The notes beneath the pieces were generated by a model. The model was not told where the DNA came from. It was given only the letters and a program-made list of their open reading frames with translations, and did not search any database. A stretch of DNA of 54,462 nucleotides from Enterovibrio sp. (GTDB taxonomy: Bacteria; Pseudomonadota; Gammaproteobacteria; Enterobacterales; Vibrionaceae), in contig JBELME010000002.1 in NCBI GenBank assembly GCA_042096095.1, forward strand, positions 1 through 54,462, in the 5' to 3' direction. Both the position numbers and the translations under genes were made by a program. Position 1 is the first letter of the stretch. Every line of letters starts with the position of its first letter. Shown one piece after another: positions 1 through 12,150 of this stretch.

Positions 1-55
1 GAGAAGCGAGAAGCGAGAAGCGAGAAGCGAGAAGCGAGAAGCGAGAAGCGAGAAG
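1..55. repeat. Tandem heptamer repeat (GAGAAGC)n, at least 7 full copies plus a 6-nt partial copy; cut off by the window start
   Basis: Read directly: GAGAAGC at 1, 8, 15, 22, 29, 36 and 43, then GAGAAG at 50-55. Confidence 0.97.
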
Positions 56-86
56 ATTGTCACAGCTGTCCAAAAGAAACACGCAT

Positions 87-118
87 AAAAAAACCGAAGC
101 CAAGGCTTCGGTTTTTTT
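87..118. terminator. Intrinsic terminator downstream of lpxC, probably bidirectional
   Basis: Perfect inverted repeat AAAAAAACCGAAGCC-AA-GGCTTCGGTTTTTTT, 16 nt past the lpxC stop. Confidence 0.9.
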
Positions 119-134
119 GTATTCGCTTAGGTTG

Positions 135-1052
135 TTACGCCAACACCATACCTGGTTCAGCAAACCTAACTGGCAATGTCTGTGCATCTTCGAAGGTCGC
201 CCATTCCCAAGCTTCTTGGTCAGCAAGAACTGCACGAAGAAGTTGGTTGTTCAACGCGTGGCCTGATTTATAAGCACGCATTTCACCAATGATGTTGTGG
301 CCACACATGTATAGGTCGCCAATGGCATCCAACACTTTGTGTTTAACGAGCTCATCGTTAAAACGCAGGCCGTCTTCGTTAAGGATACGGTAGTCATCCA
401 AAACGATGGCACAATCAAAGCTACCACCCAAACACAGGTTACGTGATTGGAGGTATTCAATGTCACGCATGAACCCGAAGGTACGTGCACGGCTGATATC
501 TTTGATGAACGATTGTGAAGAAAAATCTAACACCAGACTTTGCTGCTCTGCTTCAATCGCTGGGTGATTGAAATCAATGGCGAAATCGAGTCGGAACCCG
601 TCATAAGGCACAAGCTCTGCCCATTTGTCGCCGTCTTCGATGCGAACAGGTTTCTTGATACGCACGAATCGCTTCGGCGCATTCAAGGTTTCAATACCCG
701 CAGATTGCAGCAGATAGATAAATGGACTGGCGCTGCCGTCCATAATTGGAATTTCTGGTGCGTCAACTTCAACAATAACGTTATCGATACCCAACCCCGC
801 AAGCGCGGCATTCAAGTGCTCAACCGTAGAAATACGAACGTCGTCGTCATTGACCAGTGCAGTACACAGCATTGTATCGCGTACTGACGCAGGATCTGCC
901 GGGAAATCTACCGGTGGATTAAGGTCAGTACGGCGGTAAATAACGCCAGTGTTAGCTGCAGCTGGGCGCAGGATCAATGTGACCTTACGACCCGAGTGCA
1001 AACCCACTCCCGTCGTTTGAACAATAGTCTTTAATGTTCGTTGTCTAATCAT
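135..1052 (-). CDS. lpxC: UDP-3-O-acyl-N-acetylglucosamine deacetylase
   Basis: 305 aa; MIRQRTLK start, STVEHL and [10 protein letters not shown] zinc motifs; follows ftsZ. Confidence 0.98.
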   Translation of the reverse strand: MIRQRTLKTIVQTTGVGLHSGRKVTLILRPAAANTGVIYRRTDLNPPVDFPADPASVRDTMLCTALVNDDDVRISTVEHLNAALAGLGIDNVIVEVDAPEIPIMDGSASPFIYLLQSAGIETLNAPKRFVRIKKPVRIEDGDKWAELVPYDGFRLDFAIDFNHPAIEAEQQSLVLDFSSQSFIKDISRARTFGFMRDIEYLQSRNLCLGGSFDCAIVLDDYRILNEDGLRFNDELVKHKVLDAIGDLYMCGHNIIGEMRAYKSGHALNNQLLRAVLADQEAWEWATFEDAQTLPVRFAEPGMVLA

Positions 1053-1129
1053 CTGCCATTCCCAACTGAATTTAATTTCTGCGCACTAAGTCACTCATTA
1101 CACTGTCACAACAGCATAAAACGGGCGCA

Positions 1130-1158
1130 ATAGTACCACGCAACTGTACACAAACCAA
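1130..1158 (-). promoter_or_regulatory. Candidate sigma70 promoter of lpxC
   Basis: Minus strand TTGGTT-N17-TACTAT with an extended -10 TG (TGgTACTAT). Confidence 0.5.
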
Positions 1159-1169
1159 GCGCTACGAGT

Positions 1170-2345
1170 TTAGTCTGCCTGCTTACGTAAAAACGCAGGG
1201 ATATCCAAGTAGTCTTGTTCCTGTTTAGGCTTCGGTGCCACGTTGGTCGTCTGAGACTGAACCGGAGATTCAGCTGGACGACTTGGTGCCGAGGTTGCCA
1301 CCTTTGGTGTTTCCGGCAAAGGCTGTGCCTTGTTCTCAACCGGTGCCGGTTTTTGTGTTCCCGGAACCAAAGTGATGTCAGGCTTACGCTCGTTACCGAT
1401 ACCAGTAGCGACTACTGTCACACGCAGTTCGTCACTCATTTCTGGATCCATTGACGAACCGATAACCACAGTGGCGTTATCTGAGGCAAACGCTTTTACA
1501 GTGTTACCTACAGTTTCGAATTCATCCAGTCGCATATCAAAACCTGCGGTAATATTTACCAACACGCCTCGTGCGCCTGCCAAATCAATGTCTTCCAGAA
1601 GTGGACTTGAAATTGCCATTTCAGCCGCTTCTTCAGCACGATCTTCACCAGTAGCCATGCCGCTACCCATCATCGCATGACCCATTTCAGACATCACTGT
1701 ACGGACGTCCGCAAAGTCGACGTTAATCAGGCCAGGGCGAGTAATCAGCTCTGCAATACCTTGGACAGCGTTACGCAACACATCGTTCGCTTTTGCAAAC
1801 GCGTCTAGCAATGTAATGCCACGACCCAGTACTTTCAGAAGCTTTTCGTTAGGGATAGTGATCAATGAATCGACGTGCTTAGACAGCTCTTCGATACCTT
1901 GCTCAGCAAACGCCATGCGTTTTTTGCCTTCAAAGCTAAATGGCTTTGTGACAACCGCGACGGTCAAAATACCTAACTCTTTCGCAACTTCAGCGATAAC
2001 AGGCGCTGCACCAGTACCGGTACCACCACCCATGCCAGCTGCGATAAATACCATATCGGCACCTTCGAGCTCAGCTTTAATCGCTTCACGATCTTCCATT
2101 GCAGATTCACGACCGACTTGTGGGTTTGCACCCGCACCAAGGCCTTTCGTGATATCGCCACCAATTTGGATGACTGTGCTAACTGCAGTCTTACGCAGCG
2201 CTTGAGCATCAGTATTGACGGTGATGAATTCCACCCCTTCAATTGACTCACGCACCATGTGTTCGACTGCGTTACCACCGCCGCCGCCAACACCAACGAC
2301 TTTAATTACCGCGTCGTTGGACATTTCCATCATCGGTTCAAACAT
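1170..2345 (-). CDS. ftsZ: Cell division GTPase FtsZ
   Basis: GGGTGTG tubulin signature; C-terminal [11 protein letters not shown]. Confidence 0.99.
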   Translation of the reverse strand: MFEPMMEMSNDAVIKVVGVGGGGGNAVEHMVRESIEGVEFITVNTDAQALRKTAVSTVIQIGGDITKGLGAGANPQVGRESAMEDREAIKAELEGADMVFIAAGMGGGTGTGAAPVIAEVAKELGILTVAVVTKPFSFEGKKRMAFAEQGIEELSKHVDSLITIPNEKLLKVLGRGITLLDAFAKANDVLRNAVQGIAELITRPGLINVDFADVRTVMSEMGHAMMGSGMATGEDRAEEAAEMAISSPLLEDIDLAGARGVLVNITAGFDMRLDEFETVGNTVKAFASDNATVVIGSSMDPEMSDELRVTVVATGIGNERKPDITLVPGTQKPAPVENKAQPLPETPKVATSAPSRPAESPVQSQTTNVAPKPKQEQDYLDIPAFLRKQAD

Positions 2346-2378
2346 GTGTTCTCTCCGTCATTCCTGTTCGCATCAGGT

Positions 2379-3635
2379 TTAAAATTCTTTTTTTAACCAG
2401 CCACTAAGCTTACTGAACATTCTTGATACAGTTCGTTTAGGCTCTGGCTCGTTCGTTTCGTTTAATAGGTTTTCTTTGCCGTAATGCAGCAATCCAACCG
2501 CTGTTGCGTGATAAGGCGCGTCAACATAGTCTGTAAGACCTGTGACCCCTGCTGGAAGCCCCACGCGAACTTGGTTTTGGAAGACACGCTCAGCGCACTC
2601 CACCAAACCTTGCATTTGTGCCGCACCACCGGTCAGGACGATACCCGCCGCTAATTGATGTTTTACGCCTTGTGCACGTAGGCGTTCCTGAACTCGTTCC
2701 AACTCTTGTTGCACCAACCCCAACAGTTCGCTACAACGAGGTTCAATAACTTCAGCCAACGTTTGTCGTTGTAGGCTGCGCGAAGGGCGACCACCTACAC
2801 TTGGAACATTGACCTTGGCATCTTTGTTCACTAGCTCGCTCAGTGCGCAGCCGTGTTTCACTTTTATCTTTTCAGCATCGCTCAATGGTGTACCGAAGGC
2901 ATAAGCAATATCACTGGTTACGACGTTTCCGGCATAAGGGATAACAGCTGCATGGCGAAGCGCACCGCCCGTCCATACTGAAATATCCATCGTACCTCCG
3001 CCGATATCGACCACACACACACCCAGCTCTCGCTCGTCGGCAGTGATCACCGCGTGGCTTGCTGCAAGTCCAGAGAAGATCAATTGATCCACTTTTAGGC
3101 CACAGCGCTCAACCGCTTTTTCAATGTTCTTGGCCGTGTCGCTGTGACACGTGATCAAATGAACACTGGCTTCCATTCGGACGCCTGACAAACCCACAGG
3201 GTTCTTGATGCCCTCTTGATAGTCAATTTTGTACTCTTGCGGAATCACGTGCAATACACGCTGCTCGTCGCTGATCTTCACCGATTTTGCCGTGTGAATC
3301 ACCATGTCGACATCTTCTTGGGTCACTTCTTCATCAGAAATCGTGCCCATTCCGCGCTCTGTCTGGCAATGAATATGCTTGCCTGACAAAGAAAGAAACA
3401 CTGAACGGATTTTACAATCCGACATCAGTTCAGCATCGTTAACCGCTCGCTCGACAGATTTCACTACCGACTCGAGATCGTTAACGCCACCTTTGTCCAT
3501 TCCCTGAGATGGCGTGGTACCGACACCCAGCACATTCACCGCGCCGTCCGGCAATATCTCACTGACTAACACTGAGACTTTCGAAGTCCCGATGTCTAAT
3601 CCAACAATCAGTGGTCTGTCAGTTGTTTGTTTCAT
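2379..3635 (-). CDS. ftsA: Cell division protein FtsA
   Basis: VGLDIGTSKV and VDIGGGT actin-fold motifs; C-terminal amphipathic WLKKEF; lies between ftsQ and ftsZ. Confidence 0.98.
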   Translation of the reverse strand: MKQTTDRPLIVGLDIGTSKVSVLVSEILPDGAVNVLGVGTTPSQGMDKGGVNDLESVVKSVERAVNDAELMSDCKIRSVFLSLSGKHIHCQTERGMGTISDEEVTQEDVDMVIHTAKSVKISDEQRVLHVIPQEYKIDYQEGIKNPVGLSGVRMEASVHLITCHSDTAKNIEKAVERCGLKVDQLIFSGLAASHAVITADERELGVCVVDIGGGTMDISVWTGGALRHAAVIPYAGNVVTSDIAYAFGTPLSDAEKIKVKHGCALSELVNKDAKVNVPSVGGRPSRSLQRQTLAEVIEPRCSELLGLVQQELERVQERLRAQGVKHQLAAGIVLTGGAAQMQGLVECAERVFQNQVRVGLPAGVTGLTDYVDAPYHATAVGLLHYGKENLLNETNEPEPKRTVSRMFSKLSGWLKKEF

Positions 3636-3652
3636 TCCACCTACTCTCAGGT

Positions 3653-4420
3653 TTACTCTTCACTGTCTACTTGGGGAGCTTTCCAGCCCACCGCTGCACC
3701 AGTGTCGTAGCGCAAATCCACATATTGTATGGTTCGTCCTGTTCCATTGATGTCATCAAACAGGCTCACGAAGCGTTGTAACCGCTCTTCTCTGGATTCT
3801 CGCCCTAATTCAATGCGCGTACCGTCTCGGGTAACCACTCGCCACGATCGACGTTCATTTAATGCCAGGGCGGCAATCTCTAATTCTGTTGGTGCTAGAA
3901 TTCGGCGCATCTCTCGCCATGCTTCTAACACTTCATGCTCACTCCCTTCAGGGCCATGCAAGGAAACCAGCCCTTGCCCCGCCACATCTCCAGGGTTTGC
4001 ATTAAATGCAGTGCCAGTGACATCCAGAAGTTGAGATCCATTCCAGACTGCCTCAGGACGGTATTCAGTCACATTTACTTTTAATGTGTCTGGCCATTGT
4101 TTTCTTACGGCCACGTTTGCTACCCAAGGGAGCGACGAAACTGCACCATGAATGGCATCAACATCTTGCAGCATAAAGCTGCTAAGCGGGCCTAAATGCA
4201 AGACCGCATCACGCACTTCTGACGACGACAAGTGTGTTAAGTGGCCTTGCACAACAATCTGCGACAAGGGCAATTGTTTTTCGTCTCCCATCCACGACAA
4301 CACGCGGATCAAAGACCAAAAAATGCCTAGAATGACAAATACCAAAAACACCAGCCCCCCCCAATGCTCTTTAAACATTGAAGGTTGAGCCGGTACGTCA
4401 TCTGCGGTCACATTTGTCAT
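3653..4420 (-). CDS. ftsQ: Cell division protein FtsQ
   Basis: N-terminal TM helix, POTRA segment (LPWV...VRKQWPD), YVDLRYDTGAAVGW. Confidence 0.96.
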   Translation of the reverse strand: MTNVTADDVPAQPSMFKEHWGGLVFLVFVILGIFWSLIRVLSWMGDEKQLPLSQIVVQGHLTHLSSSEVRDAVLHLGPLSSFMLQDVDAIHGAVSSLPWVANVAVRKQWPDTLKVNVTEYRPEAVWNGSQLLDVTGTAFNANPGDVAGQGLVSLHGPEGSEHEVLEAWREMRRILAPTELEIAALALNERRSWRVVTRDGTRIELGRESREERLQRFVSLFDDINGTGRTIQYVDLRYDTGAAVGWKAPQVDSEE

Positions 4421-4485
4421 AGTCAGGCTAATTGCCTCGCATTATTCTAAGGCAACCTGTCGCCCTACATGTGTAGAGCCGACCG

Positions 4486-4515
4486 ATTATAACGGTCAGT
4501 TTGACAGGTCTCCAA
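4486..4515 (-). promoter_or_regulatory. Candidate internal promoter for ftsQAZ
   Basis: Minus strand TTGGAG-N18-TATAAT in the 219-bp murC-ftsQ gap. Confidence 0.5.
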
Positions 4516-4639
4516 CCCTTGTTGGTTCAGAAGTGATTAAGCTGAGATCAAATACATGCAAAACCACCAATATCCGATTAAAAATTAGACATTGCTCATT
4601 TAAACATCGGCTGCTTTACACAAAACTTGATTTTTCTCT

Positions 4640-6106
4640 TCAGCTTTCTTCACTTAGCGCCGTTTTATCCAATTTCAATTCGGCCAGTTTTCTAGCCACT
4701 TTACCAATATCACCTGCACCTTGGGTCAATACCATATCGCCAGGCTGAATCACCGCAGCTAAGGCTGCAGGCAACGATTCAACGTCTGGAACGAAAATTG
4801 GATCGATTTTCCCACGCCCACGAATTGTACGGCAAAGGCTACGTCCGTCAGCACCTGAAATCGGCGCTTCGCCAGCAGAATACACATCTAACATCAGCAG
4901 AACGTCAACTTGTTCAAGCACATTTGCAAAATCGTCATACAGATCGCGTGTTCGGCTGTAACGGTGTGGCTGGAATACCATCACCAAACGGTTATCCGCC
5001 CACCCTGCACGTGCCGCTTGAATGGTCACGTCCACTTCACTTGGGTGGTGACCGTAGTCGTCCACCAACAAAACATGCCCATCATCAACAGGGAACAAAC
5101 CTAACTGGTCAAAGCGACGGCCTGTGCCTTCAAACCCTGCCAGTGCGCGAAGGATAGCGTCATCTTCAACACCATCTTCTGTAGCAACCGCCACTGCCGC
5201 CGTCGCATTCAATGCATTGTGACGACCTGGGATATTCAGCTCGATGTTAAGATTAGGCTTGCCCGCACGACGAATGGTAAAGATGCCTTTCTGACCTTCT
5301 TGACGGTAATCTCTTAACTGCACGTCAGCATCGTCTGAGAAACCATAGGTAATCACTTGGCGACCGATCGACGGGATCAATTCACGCACAACAGGATCGT
5401 CCACACACATGACAGCCTGACCGTAGAAAGGCAGTTGATGCAGGAAGTCGACGAAAGTTTGCTTCAAGACTTCAAAGTCGCCGCCATAGGTATCCATATG
5501 GTCAGCTTCTATGTTGGTCACAATCGACACCATTGGCTGTAAGTGTAGGAATGACGCATCGCTTTCATCCGCCTCAGCAATCAAGTAACGGCTGCACCCT
5601 AATCGTGCATTTGTGCCCGCACTTTTCACCAAACCGCCGTTAACGAACGTTGGATCCAGACCTGCCTCTTGATAGATCAGTGTGGTCAGTGCCGTTGTCG
5701 TGGTTTTGCCGTGCGTACCCGCAACCGCAATACCGTGACGGTAGCGCATCAACTCAGCCAACATCTCTGCTCGGCGAACCACAGGAATACGCGCCGCTTT
5801 CGCTGCAACCAATTCCGGGTTGTCTTGTTTGATAGCAGTAGACACCACCACCACGCTCGCGCCGTCTACGTTTGATTCTGCGTGACCGAAAAAGACGTTT
5901 GCACCTTTGCTTTCCAAACGCTGTGTCACCACATTTTCAGAAAGATCTGAACCTGTGATTTCATAACCTTCATTGAGCAGAACTTCTGCAATGCCGCACA
6001 TGCCTGCACCGCCGATACCAACAAAGTGAATACGGTTTACACGGCGCATCTCCGGCACCATGGTTCTGATTTTTTCTAGCTGATGACTATCAAACTTGCC
6101 CATCAC
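4640..6106 (-). CDS. murC: UDP-N-acetylmuramate--L-alanine ligase
   Basis: [33 protein letters not shown]. Confidence 0.98.
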   Translation of the reverse strand: MMGKFDSHQLEKIRTMVPEMRRVNRIHFVGIGGAGMCGIAEVLLNEGYEITGSDLSENVVTQRLESKGANVFFGHAESNVDGASVVVVSTAIKQDNPELVAAKAARIPVVRRAEMLAELMRYRHGIAVAGTHGKTTTTALTTLIYQEAGLDPTFVNGGLVKSAGTNARLGCSRYLIAEADESDASFLHLQPMVSIVTNIEADHMDTYGGDFEVLKQTFVDFLHQLPFYGQAVMCVDDPVVRELIPSIGRQVITYGFSDDADVQLRDYRQEGQKGIFTIRRAGKPNLNIELNIPGRHNALNATAAVAVATEDGVEDDAILRALAGFEGTGRRFDQLGLFPVDDGHVLLVDDYGHHPSEVDVTIQAARAGWADNRLVMVFQPHRYSRTRDLYDDFANVLEQVDVLLMLDVYSAGEAPISGADGRSLCRTIRGRGKIDPIFVPDVESLPAALAAVIQPGDMVLTQGAGDIGKVARKLAELKLDKTALSEES

Positions 6107-6115
6107 TTTGTTCTC

Positions 6116-7192
6116 TTAATTCGCTACGTCTTTGATGACGGTAGCAACACGCGTTGCTGCATCCGTAATGGCCGCGCTTTTTGCCGCTTCAGCCATCGTC
6201 ATCAAGGTACTAAATTCTAATGTTTCCAGCGTTTCCGCCAGTTTCTCAGCGGTAAGATCGGGTTGCTCCATCATGATGGCCGCTCCGTTACTCACCAAAT
6301 GTTCTGCGTTTAATGCCTGTTGGCGATCTTTGTGTAAAAACGGCACAAAAATCGCGGCTACGCCTGCCGCTGCGACTTCTGACACAGTCAGCGCACCAGA
6401 GCGGCAAATGATGATGTCTGCCCAGCCATAGGCTTCTGCGACATCATCGATAAATTCGGTCACATCAGCGTTGCCGACGTTGGCATTCGCGTAACGTTCT
6501 GCGGTATCCGCTTGGCTGCCTTTACCCGCTTGGTGGCGAACCACGACATCTCTTGTCACGCGAGCTAATGCCTCTGGCACTGTGTGATTGAGAATGCGCG
6601 CCCCTTGGCTGCCTCCCATCACTAACACCTTCAGTGGCGCACCGTCTTCATGGTGCTTTTCAGAAGGCGCTGGCAATGCACACACGTCCTTTCGCACTGG
6701 GTTCCCAACCACTTCTTGGTTTGGAAACGCACCAGGGAAAGCCTGCAACACACGCCGAGCGATTTTTGCTAGCCATTTATTGGTTAATCCTGCCACGGCA
6801 TTTTGCTCATGCAGCACCACAGGAATGCCATTCAACCATGCCGCAAGACCACCGGGGCCACTGACATAGCCACCCATGCCTAACACCGCATTCGGTTGCC
6901 AGTGTTTGATGTGCTTTTTGGCTTGAAACACCGCATTGAGCACCATCCAGGGGGCGAGAAGTTTACGCGCAAACCCCGCACCACGCAGCCCCTTTACTTC
7001 AATAAAGTCGATCTCAATGCCATGTTTTGGCACCAAATCGGCTTCCATTCTGTCTGCCGTACCTAACCAACGGATTTCCCAACCTTCTTGTTGAAGCTCA
7101 TTGGCAACCGCAAGCCCAGGAAAAACGTGACCGCCAGTACCACCAGCCATCACCAATAATCGTTTATGCTTTTGTTCGTTTTCTTTTTTCAT
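6116..7192 (-). CDS. murG: Lipid II GlcNAc transferase MurG
   Basis: [34 protein letters not shown]. Confidence 0.98.
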   Translation of the reverse strand: MKKENEQKHKRLLVMAGGTGGHVFPGLAVANELQQEGWEIRWLGTADRMEADLVPKHGIEIDFIEVKGLRGAGFARKLLAPWMVLNAVFQAKKHIKHWQPNAVLGMGGYVSGPGGLAAWLNGIPVVLHEQNAVAGLTNKWLAKIARRVLQAFPGAFPNQEVVGNPVRKDVCALPAPSEKHHEDGAPLKVLVMGGSQGARILNHTVPEALARVTRDVVVRHQAGKGSQADTAERYANANVGNADVTEFIDDVAEAYGWADIIICRSGALTVSEVAAAGVAAIFVPFLHKDRQQALNAEHLVSNGAAIMMEQPDLTAEKLAETLETLEFSTLMTMAEAAKSAAITDAATRVATVIKDVAN

Positions 7193-8375
7193 GGGTCACT
7201 ATTCGTTGGTGTGCCTGAGACGCTTCCAACCGATATTCGTGGTCGATTCGCAACAGCAAGGCCACCGCCGTAGACATAATAAATAAACTGGAACCGCCGT
7301 AACTGACCAGCGGTAACGTCAAACCTTTGGTTGGCATGATCCCAGCGGCTGCGCCAACGTTAACCAAGGCTTGGAATGCAAACCAAATGCCAATACCAAA
7401 CGCAAGGAACCCACCAAACAGTTGGTTTGCTTCAAGGCATCGCTTTCCGATAAACAACGCACGGAAAACAAGCGCAAACACCATCAATAACACGATGGTG
7501 ACACCCACCAAACCAAGTTCTTCTGCGAGCACAGCCACCACGAAGTCGGTGTGTGCCTCGGGTAAATATTCCAATTTCTGGATGGAGTTACCCAGTCCCT
7601 GCCCCCACCAATCTCCGCGACCAAACGCCATCAAAGACTGGGTAAGTTGGTAACCACTACCAAACGGGTCTTGCCATGGGTCAAGGAAAGACGTCACACG
7701 CCGAACACGATAGGGTTCGGCAACGATCAACAGCCCAACAAGGCCAAGCCCTGAGAACAAAAGCACACCAAACTGCCACAGCTTTGCACCCGCAATGAAC
7801 AACATGCCTATCGTGGTCACAAACATCACGACCACAGAACCCAAATCAGGCTGAGCCAATAAGAGCACTGCGATAATGATCAGCACCGCAAGAGGCTTCA
7901 AGAAGCCATATACGCTTTCACGTACCTCGCCATGCCGACGAACCAAGTAGCCAGCGATAAACAAAAATAGCGAGAGCTTCGCCACTTCTGCGGGTTGAAG
8001 GTTTATCACCCCCAACGGCAGCCAGCGCATGGCTCCGTTAACTGACCGCCCTATACCCAATACCGCTACCAGCAAGAACAAGGAGATGAGCAACATAGGC
8101 ACACTAAGCTGTTGCCACCTTGCGAGCGGTATTTGCAACGCAACCGCGGCAAGTACCAAGGCACCTATAAGGTAAACACCTTGGCGAATCGCGAAGTAAA
8201 ACGGTTGATCAACCAAACGGCTTGAAACAGGGATCGACGCAGAAGTCACCATGATCAAGCCCACCAGCATCAGGCCAAACGAGAGCCAGACAATTTGCCT
8301 ATCATACAAAGCGGTAGGCGAAGACTGAGACAGCCACCGCCAGACATTTTTGTCTTCCCACTTCATGCTCATCAT
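7164..8375 (-). CDS. ftsW: SEDS peptidoglycan polymerase FtsW
   Basis: Multi-TM protein; [26 protein letters not shown]; overlaps the murG start by 29 bp. Confidence 0.97.
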   Translation of the reverse strand: MMSMKWEDKNVWRWLSQSSPTALYDRQIVWLSFGLMLVGLIMVTSASIPVSSRLVDQPFYFAIRQGVYLIGALVLAAVALQIPLARWQQLSVPMLLISLFLLVAVLGIGRSVNGAMRWLPLGVINLQPAEVAKLSLFLFIAGYLVRRHGEVRESVYGFLKPLAVLIIIAVLLLAQPDLGSVVVMFVTTIGMLFIAGAKLWQFGVLLFSGLGLVGLLIVAEPYRVRRVTSFLDPWQDPFGSGYQLTQSLMAFGRGDWWGQGLGNSIQKLEYLPEAHTDFVVAVLAEELGLVGVTIVLLMVFALVFRALFIGKRCLEANQLFGGFLAFGIGIWFAFQALVNVGAAAGIMPTKGLTLPLVSYGGSSLFIMSTAVALLLRIDHEYRLEASQAHQRIVTHEKRKRTKA

Positions 8376-9700
8376 CCTGACATCTTGCTCCCAGCAATCT
8401 CTTTTGCATAGGCTGCGAAGGTATCGCCTCGCACCATAAAGTTTGTAAATTGATCGAAGCTCGCACAGGCTGGCGATAGCAACACCATGTCGCCCGCTCT
8501 CGCATCGCGCGCCGCGATGTCCATCGCCGCTTGCAGGGTTTCCGTCACTACTGGCGTATCAACAAGTGCCGCAAATGCCTGACCATCTCGACCATAGCAA
8601 TACAAAGTCACGTTCAACGTATTCAGCACGGGTTTTAGCGAAGAAAAATCCGCGCCTTTGCCATCGCCACCGACCAACAGATGCAAACGACCCGCCAATT
8701 GCAGACCATCCAACGCCGCCAATGTGCTTGCTGGGTTGGTTGCTTTAGAGTCATTGACCCAAAGAACGCCATCTTGTTCCAACACTTGTTGGCAACGGTG
8801 AGCTAACCCACGATATTCGCGCATTGCTTGGCATTGCGCTTGACGGTCAATACCTACGGAGTCAGCAAGCGCCATTGCAGATAAGCAGTTCGCCACATTG
8901 TGTCGACCCACGAGGGCAATGTCAGAGACAGGCATGACTGTCTCGCCTTTCGCCGTGAGCCACTCTTGTCCCTCGCGCAACGTTAGCGTGTACTCACCAT
9001 CAGAAAATCCAAAACTAGTTACCTCCTCATGAGACAACGGCTTGGTTTGCACATCGTCTTGATTCCATACCGCTAAGCGCGCTTGGTCATAAATACGAAG
9101 CTTGGCATCAAGGTAATCGTCCATGCCTGTGTACCTGTCCATATGATCTTCAGACAGATTCAAGAACACAGCAGACGCCAAGTCGAGCGATGACGTGGTT
9201 TCAAGCTGGAAGCTCGACAGTTCAAGCACATACAGTGCGTGATCATTCGCCAACATATCTAACGCAGCAAAACCGATGTTGCCACCGACACCGACATTCA
9301 CGCTGGCTGCTTTTGCCATTTCGCCAACAAGGCTGGTCACGGTGCTTTTGCCGTTTGAGCCAGTAATACCAATCACAGGTACAGATACATCACGGGCGAA
9401 CAGTTCAATGTCACCGACGATTTCAATGCCTTGTGCTGCGGCGTCTTGAAGCTCAGGGGTCGCGAGCGCAATACCCGGGCTTGCAACAATTTGGTCGGCA
9501 TTTAATAACCAATCCATGTTCCAGCCACCAGCGTGCAACGCAACACTGGAAGGCAGTTGCTCTGCGCCTGGTGGTGTCGCACGGGTATCAATCACCTTGA
9601 TATCGACATCGCCACCTTTGCGCAGCAGATGATTCACGACAGAAAGCCCGGTCATACCGAGCCCTATCACCACAATCTGTTTTTTCGCGGTGTCTGCCAT
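8372..9700 (-). CDS. murD: UDP-MurNAc-L-Ala--D-glutamate ligase
   Basis: [35 protein letters not shown]. Confidence 0.98.
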   Translation of the reverse strand: MADTAKKQIVVIGLGMTGLSVVNHLLRKGGDVDIKVIDTRATPPGAEQLPSSVALHAGGWNMDWLLNADQIVASPGIALATPELQDAAAQGIEIVGDIELFARDVSVPVIGITGSNGKSTVTSLVGEMAKAASVNVGVGGNIGFAALDMLANDHALYVLELSSFQLETTSSLDLASAVFLNLSEDHMDRYTGMDDYLDAKLRIYDQARLAVWNQDDVQTKPLSHEEVTSFGFSDGEYTLTLREGQEWLTAKGETVMPVSDIALVGRHNVANCLSAMALADSVGIDRQAQCQAMREYRGLAHRCQQVLEQDGVLWVNDSKATNPASTLAALDGLQLAGRLHLLVGGDGKGADFSSLKPVLNTLNVTLYCYGRDGQAFAALVDTPVVTETLQAAMDIAARDARAGDMVLLSPACASFDQFTNFMVRGDTFAAYAKEIAGSKMSG

Positions 9701-9703
9701 GGA

Positions 9704-10786
9704 TTAACGTACCTTCAACGTCGCCAGTCCAACAAGAACCAGCATCAAAGTAATGATCCAGAAACGCACGATCACGCGCGGCTCAGGCCAGCCTTTCAAT
9801 TCATAGTGGTGATGGATAGGTGCCATGCGGAAAATGCGCTGACCACGCAGCTTAAATGAACCTACCTGCAAGATAACGGAAAGTGTTTCCATCACGAATA
9901 CGCCGCCCATGATAACGAGCAAGAACTCTTGGCGAACCAACACTGCGATGGTGCCAAGCGCGCCACCCAATGCGAGTGAACCCACATCACCCATGAAGAC
10001 TTGCGCAGGGTAAGTGTTGAACCACAAGAAGCCGAGGCCTGCGCCAACAATCGCGGCACACACCACTACCAGTTCACTGGCATCTTTGATGTATGGGATA
10101 TGCAGGTATTCTGCAAAGTTAACGTTACCCGTTGCCCACGCAATAAAGGCAAAGCCGCTCGCCACCATGACCGTTGGCATGATTGCCAAGCCATCAAGGC
10201 CATCGGTTAAGTTAACCGCATTACTGGTGCCCACAATCACGAAATAGGTAAAGACGATGTAGAACAAGCCGAGCTGAGGCATCACATCTTTGAAGAAAGG
10301 CACAACGAGCTGCGTGGCGGCGGTATCTTGGCCGTGCACATACAGCGCAAAGGCAACCACTAACGCAATGGCGGATTGCCAAAAGAACTTCCAACGCGCG
10401 ACCAGACCATCGGTATTTTTACGCACCACTTTACGGTAATCATCCATAAAGCCGATGGCACCATACCCCAAGGTCACAACAAGCACGGCCCACACATAGG
10501 GGTTGCTCAGATCTGCCCACAACAGCACTGTTACCGCAATGGCGGTCAAAATCATGATACCGCCCATGGTTGGTGTACCACGCTTGCTGAAGTGCGATTC
10601 AGGTCCTTCGTTACGCACCACCTGACCGATTTGCAACATCTGCAAACGGGCAATCATGCGAGGCCCCATCCACAACGAAATCACCAATGCGGTAAGCACA
10701 CTGACGATCGCGCGGAACGTTAGGTAATCGAATAGACGGAAAAACGGCACATAGTTTTCAAGAAGGTCCGATAGCCAAACTAGCAT
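9704..10786 (-). CDS. mraY: Phospho-N-acetylmuramoyl-pentapeptide transferase
   Basis: 360 aa; [32 protein letters not shown]. Confidence 0.98.
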   Translation of the reverse strand: MLVWLSDLLENYVPFFRLFDYLTFRAIVSVLTALVISLWMGPRMIARLQMLQIGQVVRNEGPESHFSKRGTPTMGGIMILTAIAVTVLLWADLSNPYVWAVLVVTLGYGAIGFMDDYRKVVRKNTDGLVARWKFFWQSAIALVVAFALYVHGQDTAATQLVVPFFKDVMPQLGLFYIVFTYFVIVGTSNAVNLTDGLDGLAIMPTVMVASGFAFIAWATGNVNFAEYLHIPYIKDASELVVVCAAIVGAGLGFLWFNTYPAQVFMGDVGSLALGGALGTIAVLVRQEFLLVIMGGVFVMETLSVILQVGSFKLRGQRIFRMAPIHHHYELKGWPEPRVIVRFWIITLMLVLVGLATLKVR

Positions 10787-12150
10787 GTTGCGGCCTCCTC
10801 AATTGCTGCCACTACTTGAGACATTTTCATTCCATTGGCGCCTTTTACCAGCACAGAAACTTCGTGTTTTGTATTCATGAGTTCTACTACGTGCGCAATC
10901 AGCGCGTCTTTGTTTTCAAAATGCTGACCACCACAACGCTCGCTGATCACAGCACTGGCTGGCCCGAATGTAATCACGGTCTGGATACTTGATTGGCTAA
11001 GGTGCTCAGCAACCTCAAGGTGCACCGCATCGGAATGCTCCCCCATCTCGCCCATATCAGCCAAGACGATGACCTTGTCGCCATCAAAACTGTCGAGCAT
11101 ATCAACCGCCGCTTTCATCGCAGCCAAACTCGCGTTGTAGCTGTCGTCGATAAGACGGAGACCTTCACGAGGGAAGCTAATCGCACCGCGGCCTTTAACG
11201 GGCGCGACAGACGCCAACCCTTTTGTCACTTCGACCATAGTGACACCATCAATATTCAGCGCAGCCATGGCTGCCAATACCGCGTTGGCCACGTTATGTT
11301 CACCCGGCAAGCTCAGCACAATCGGGAAAGTTCCCGCTGGTGTCACTAAATCAAACTGAAAACATCCACCGTCTGCAGGTTGAATGTTCATGGCGCGATA
11401 ATCGGCCACTTTGTCTGATACCGTCATGGTCAGTAACTGCTTACTTTCTAGCACCGCATCCCAACGCGGCCCACCATTGCTGTCGAGGTTCACTATCGCT
11501 AATGCCTCATCGGCAAGGCCTTCAAAAATCTCGCCTTTGGCTTTTGCTACGCCATCCAGTGAGCCAAAACCTTCTAAATGCGCAGCGGCAAGGTTCGTCA
11601 CCAGTGCGATATCCGGCTTGACCAATTGGGTGGTATAGGCGATTTCACCAATGTGATTCGCCCCCAGTTCAATCACGGCAAAGTCATCTGACGGTTGCAG
11701 GCGCAACAACGTAAGCGGGACGCCAATATCGTTGTTGAAGTTGCCCGAGGTATAGAGCGTTTGACCCTTTTGCGACAAAATCGCGGCCAACATCTCTTTC
11801 ACCGTGGTTTTACCGCAACTGCCTGTCAGTGCGATGGTTTTCACATCACATTGTGTTTTCACCCAAGCACCGAGTTGTCCCAATGCCAATGTCGTGTCAG
11901 CAACAATAAGTTGCGGCAAATCGCAATCCACCGCTTTTGAAACGAGAAGCGCAGACGCGCCGTTGTCTTTCGCGGTTCCAACAAAATCATGCGCGTCAAA
12001 ACGCTCGCCGACGAGGGCGACAAACAGCGCACCTTGACCGAGTGTTCGTGTATCTGTCGATACAGCATCAATCACCACATCATCGGTGTTGATATTGATA
12101 AGTTCTGCGTTTAATACGTCTTTCAATGACGTGAGCGAAACGGGGATCAT
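10780..12150 (-). CDS. murF: UDP-MurNAc-tripeptide--D-Ala-D-Ala ligase
   Basis: [27 protein letters not shown]. Confidence 0.97.
   Translation of the reverse strand: MIPVSLTSLKDVLNAELININTDDVVIDAVSTDTRTLGQGALFVALVGERFDAHDFVGTAKDNGASALLVSKAVDCDLPQLIVADTTLALGQLGAWVKTQCDVKTIALTGSCGKTTVKEMLAAILSQKGQTLYTSGNFNNDIGVPLTLLRLQPSDDFAVIELGANHIGEIAYTTQLVKPDIALVTNLAAAHLEGFGSLDGVAKAKGEIFEGLADEALAIVNLDSNGGPRWDAVLESKQLLTMTVSDKVADYRAMNIQPADGGCFQFDLVTPAGTFPIVLSLPGEHNVANAVLAAMAALNIDGVTMVEVTKGLASVAPVKGRGAISFPREGLRLIDDSYNASLAAMKAAVDMLDSFDGDKVIVLADMGEMGEHSDAVHLEVAEHLSQSSIQTVITFGPASAVISERCGGQHFENKDALIAHVVELMNTKHEVSVLVKGANGMKMSQVVAAIEEAATC

Noticed and set aside
1-55. Repeat array as a CRISPR
   Set aside because: The units are 7 bp with no spacers, and there are no cas genes; it is a simple tandem repeat
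4501-4506. Perfect TTGACA on the plus strand as an antisense promoter into murC
   Set aside because: There is no acceptable -10 hexamer 16-18 bp downstream
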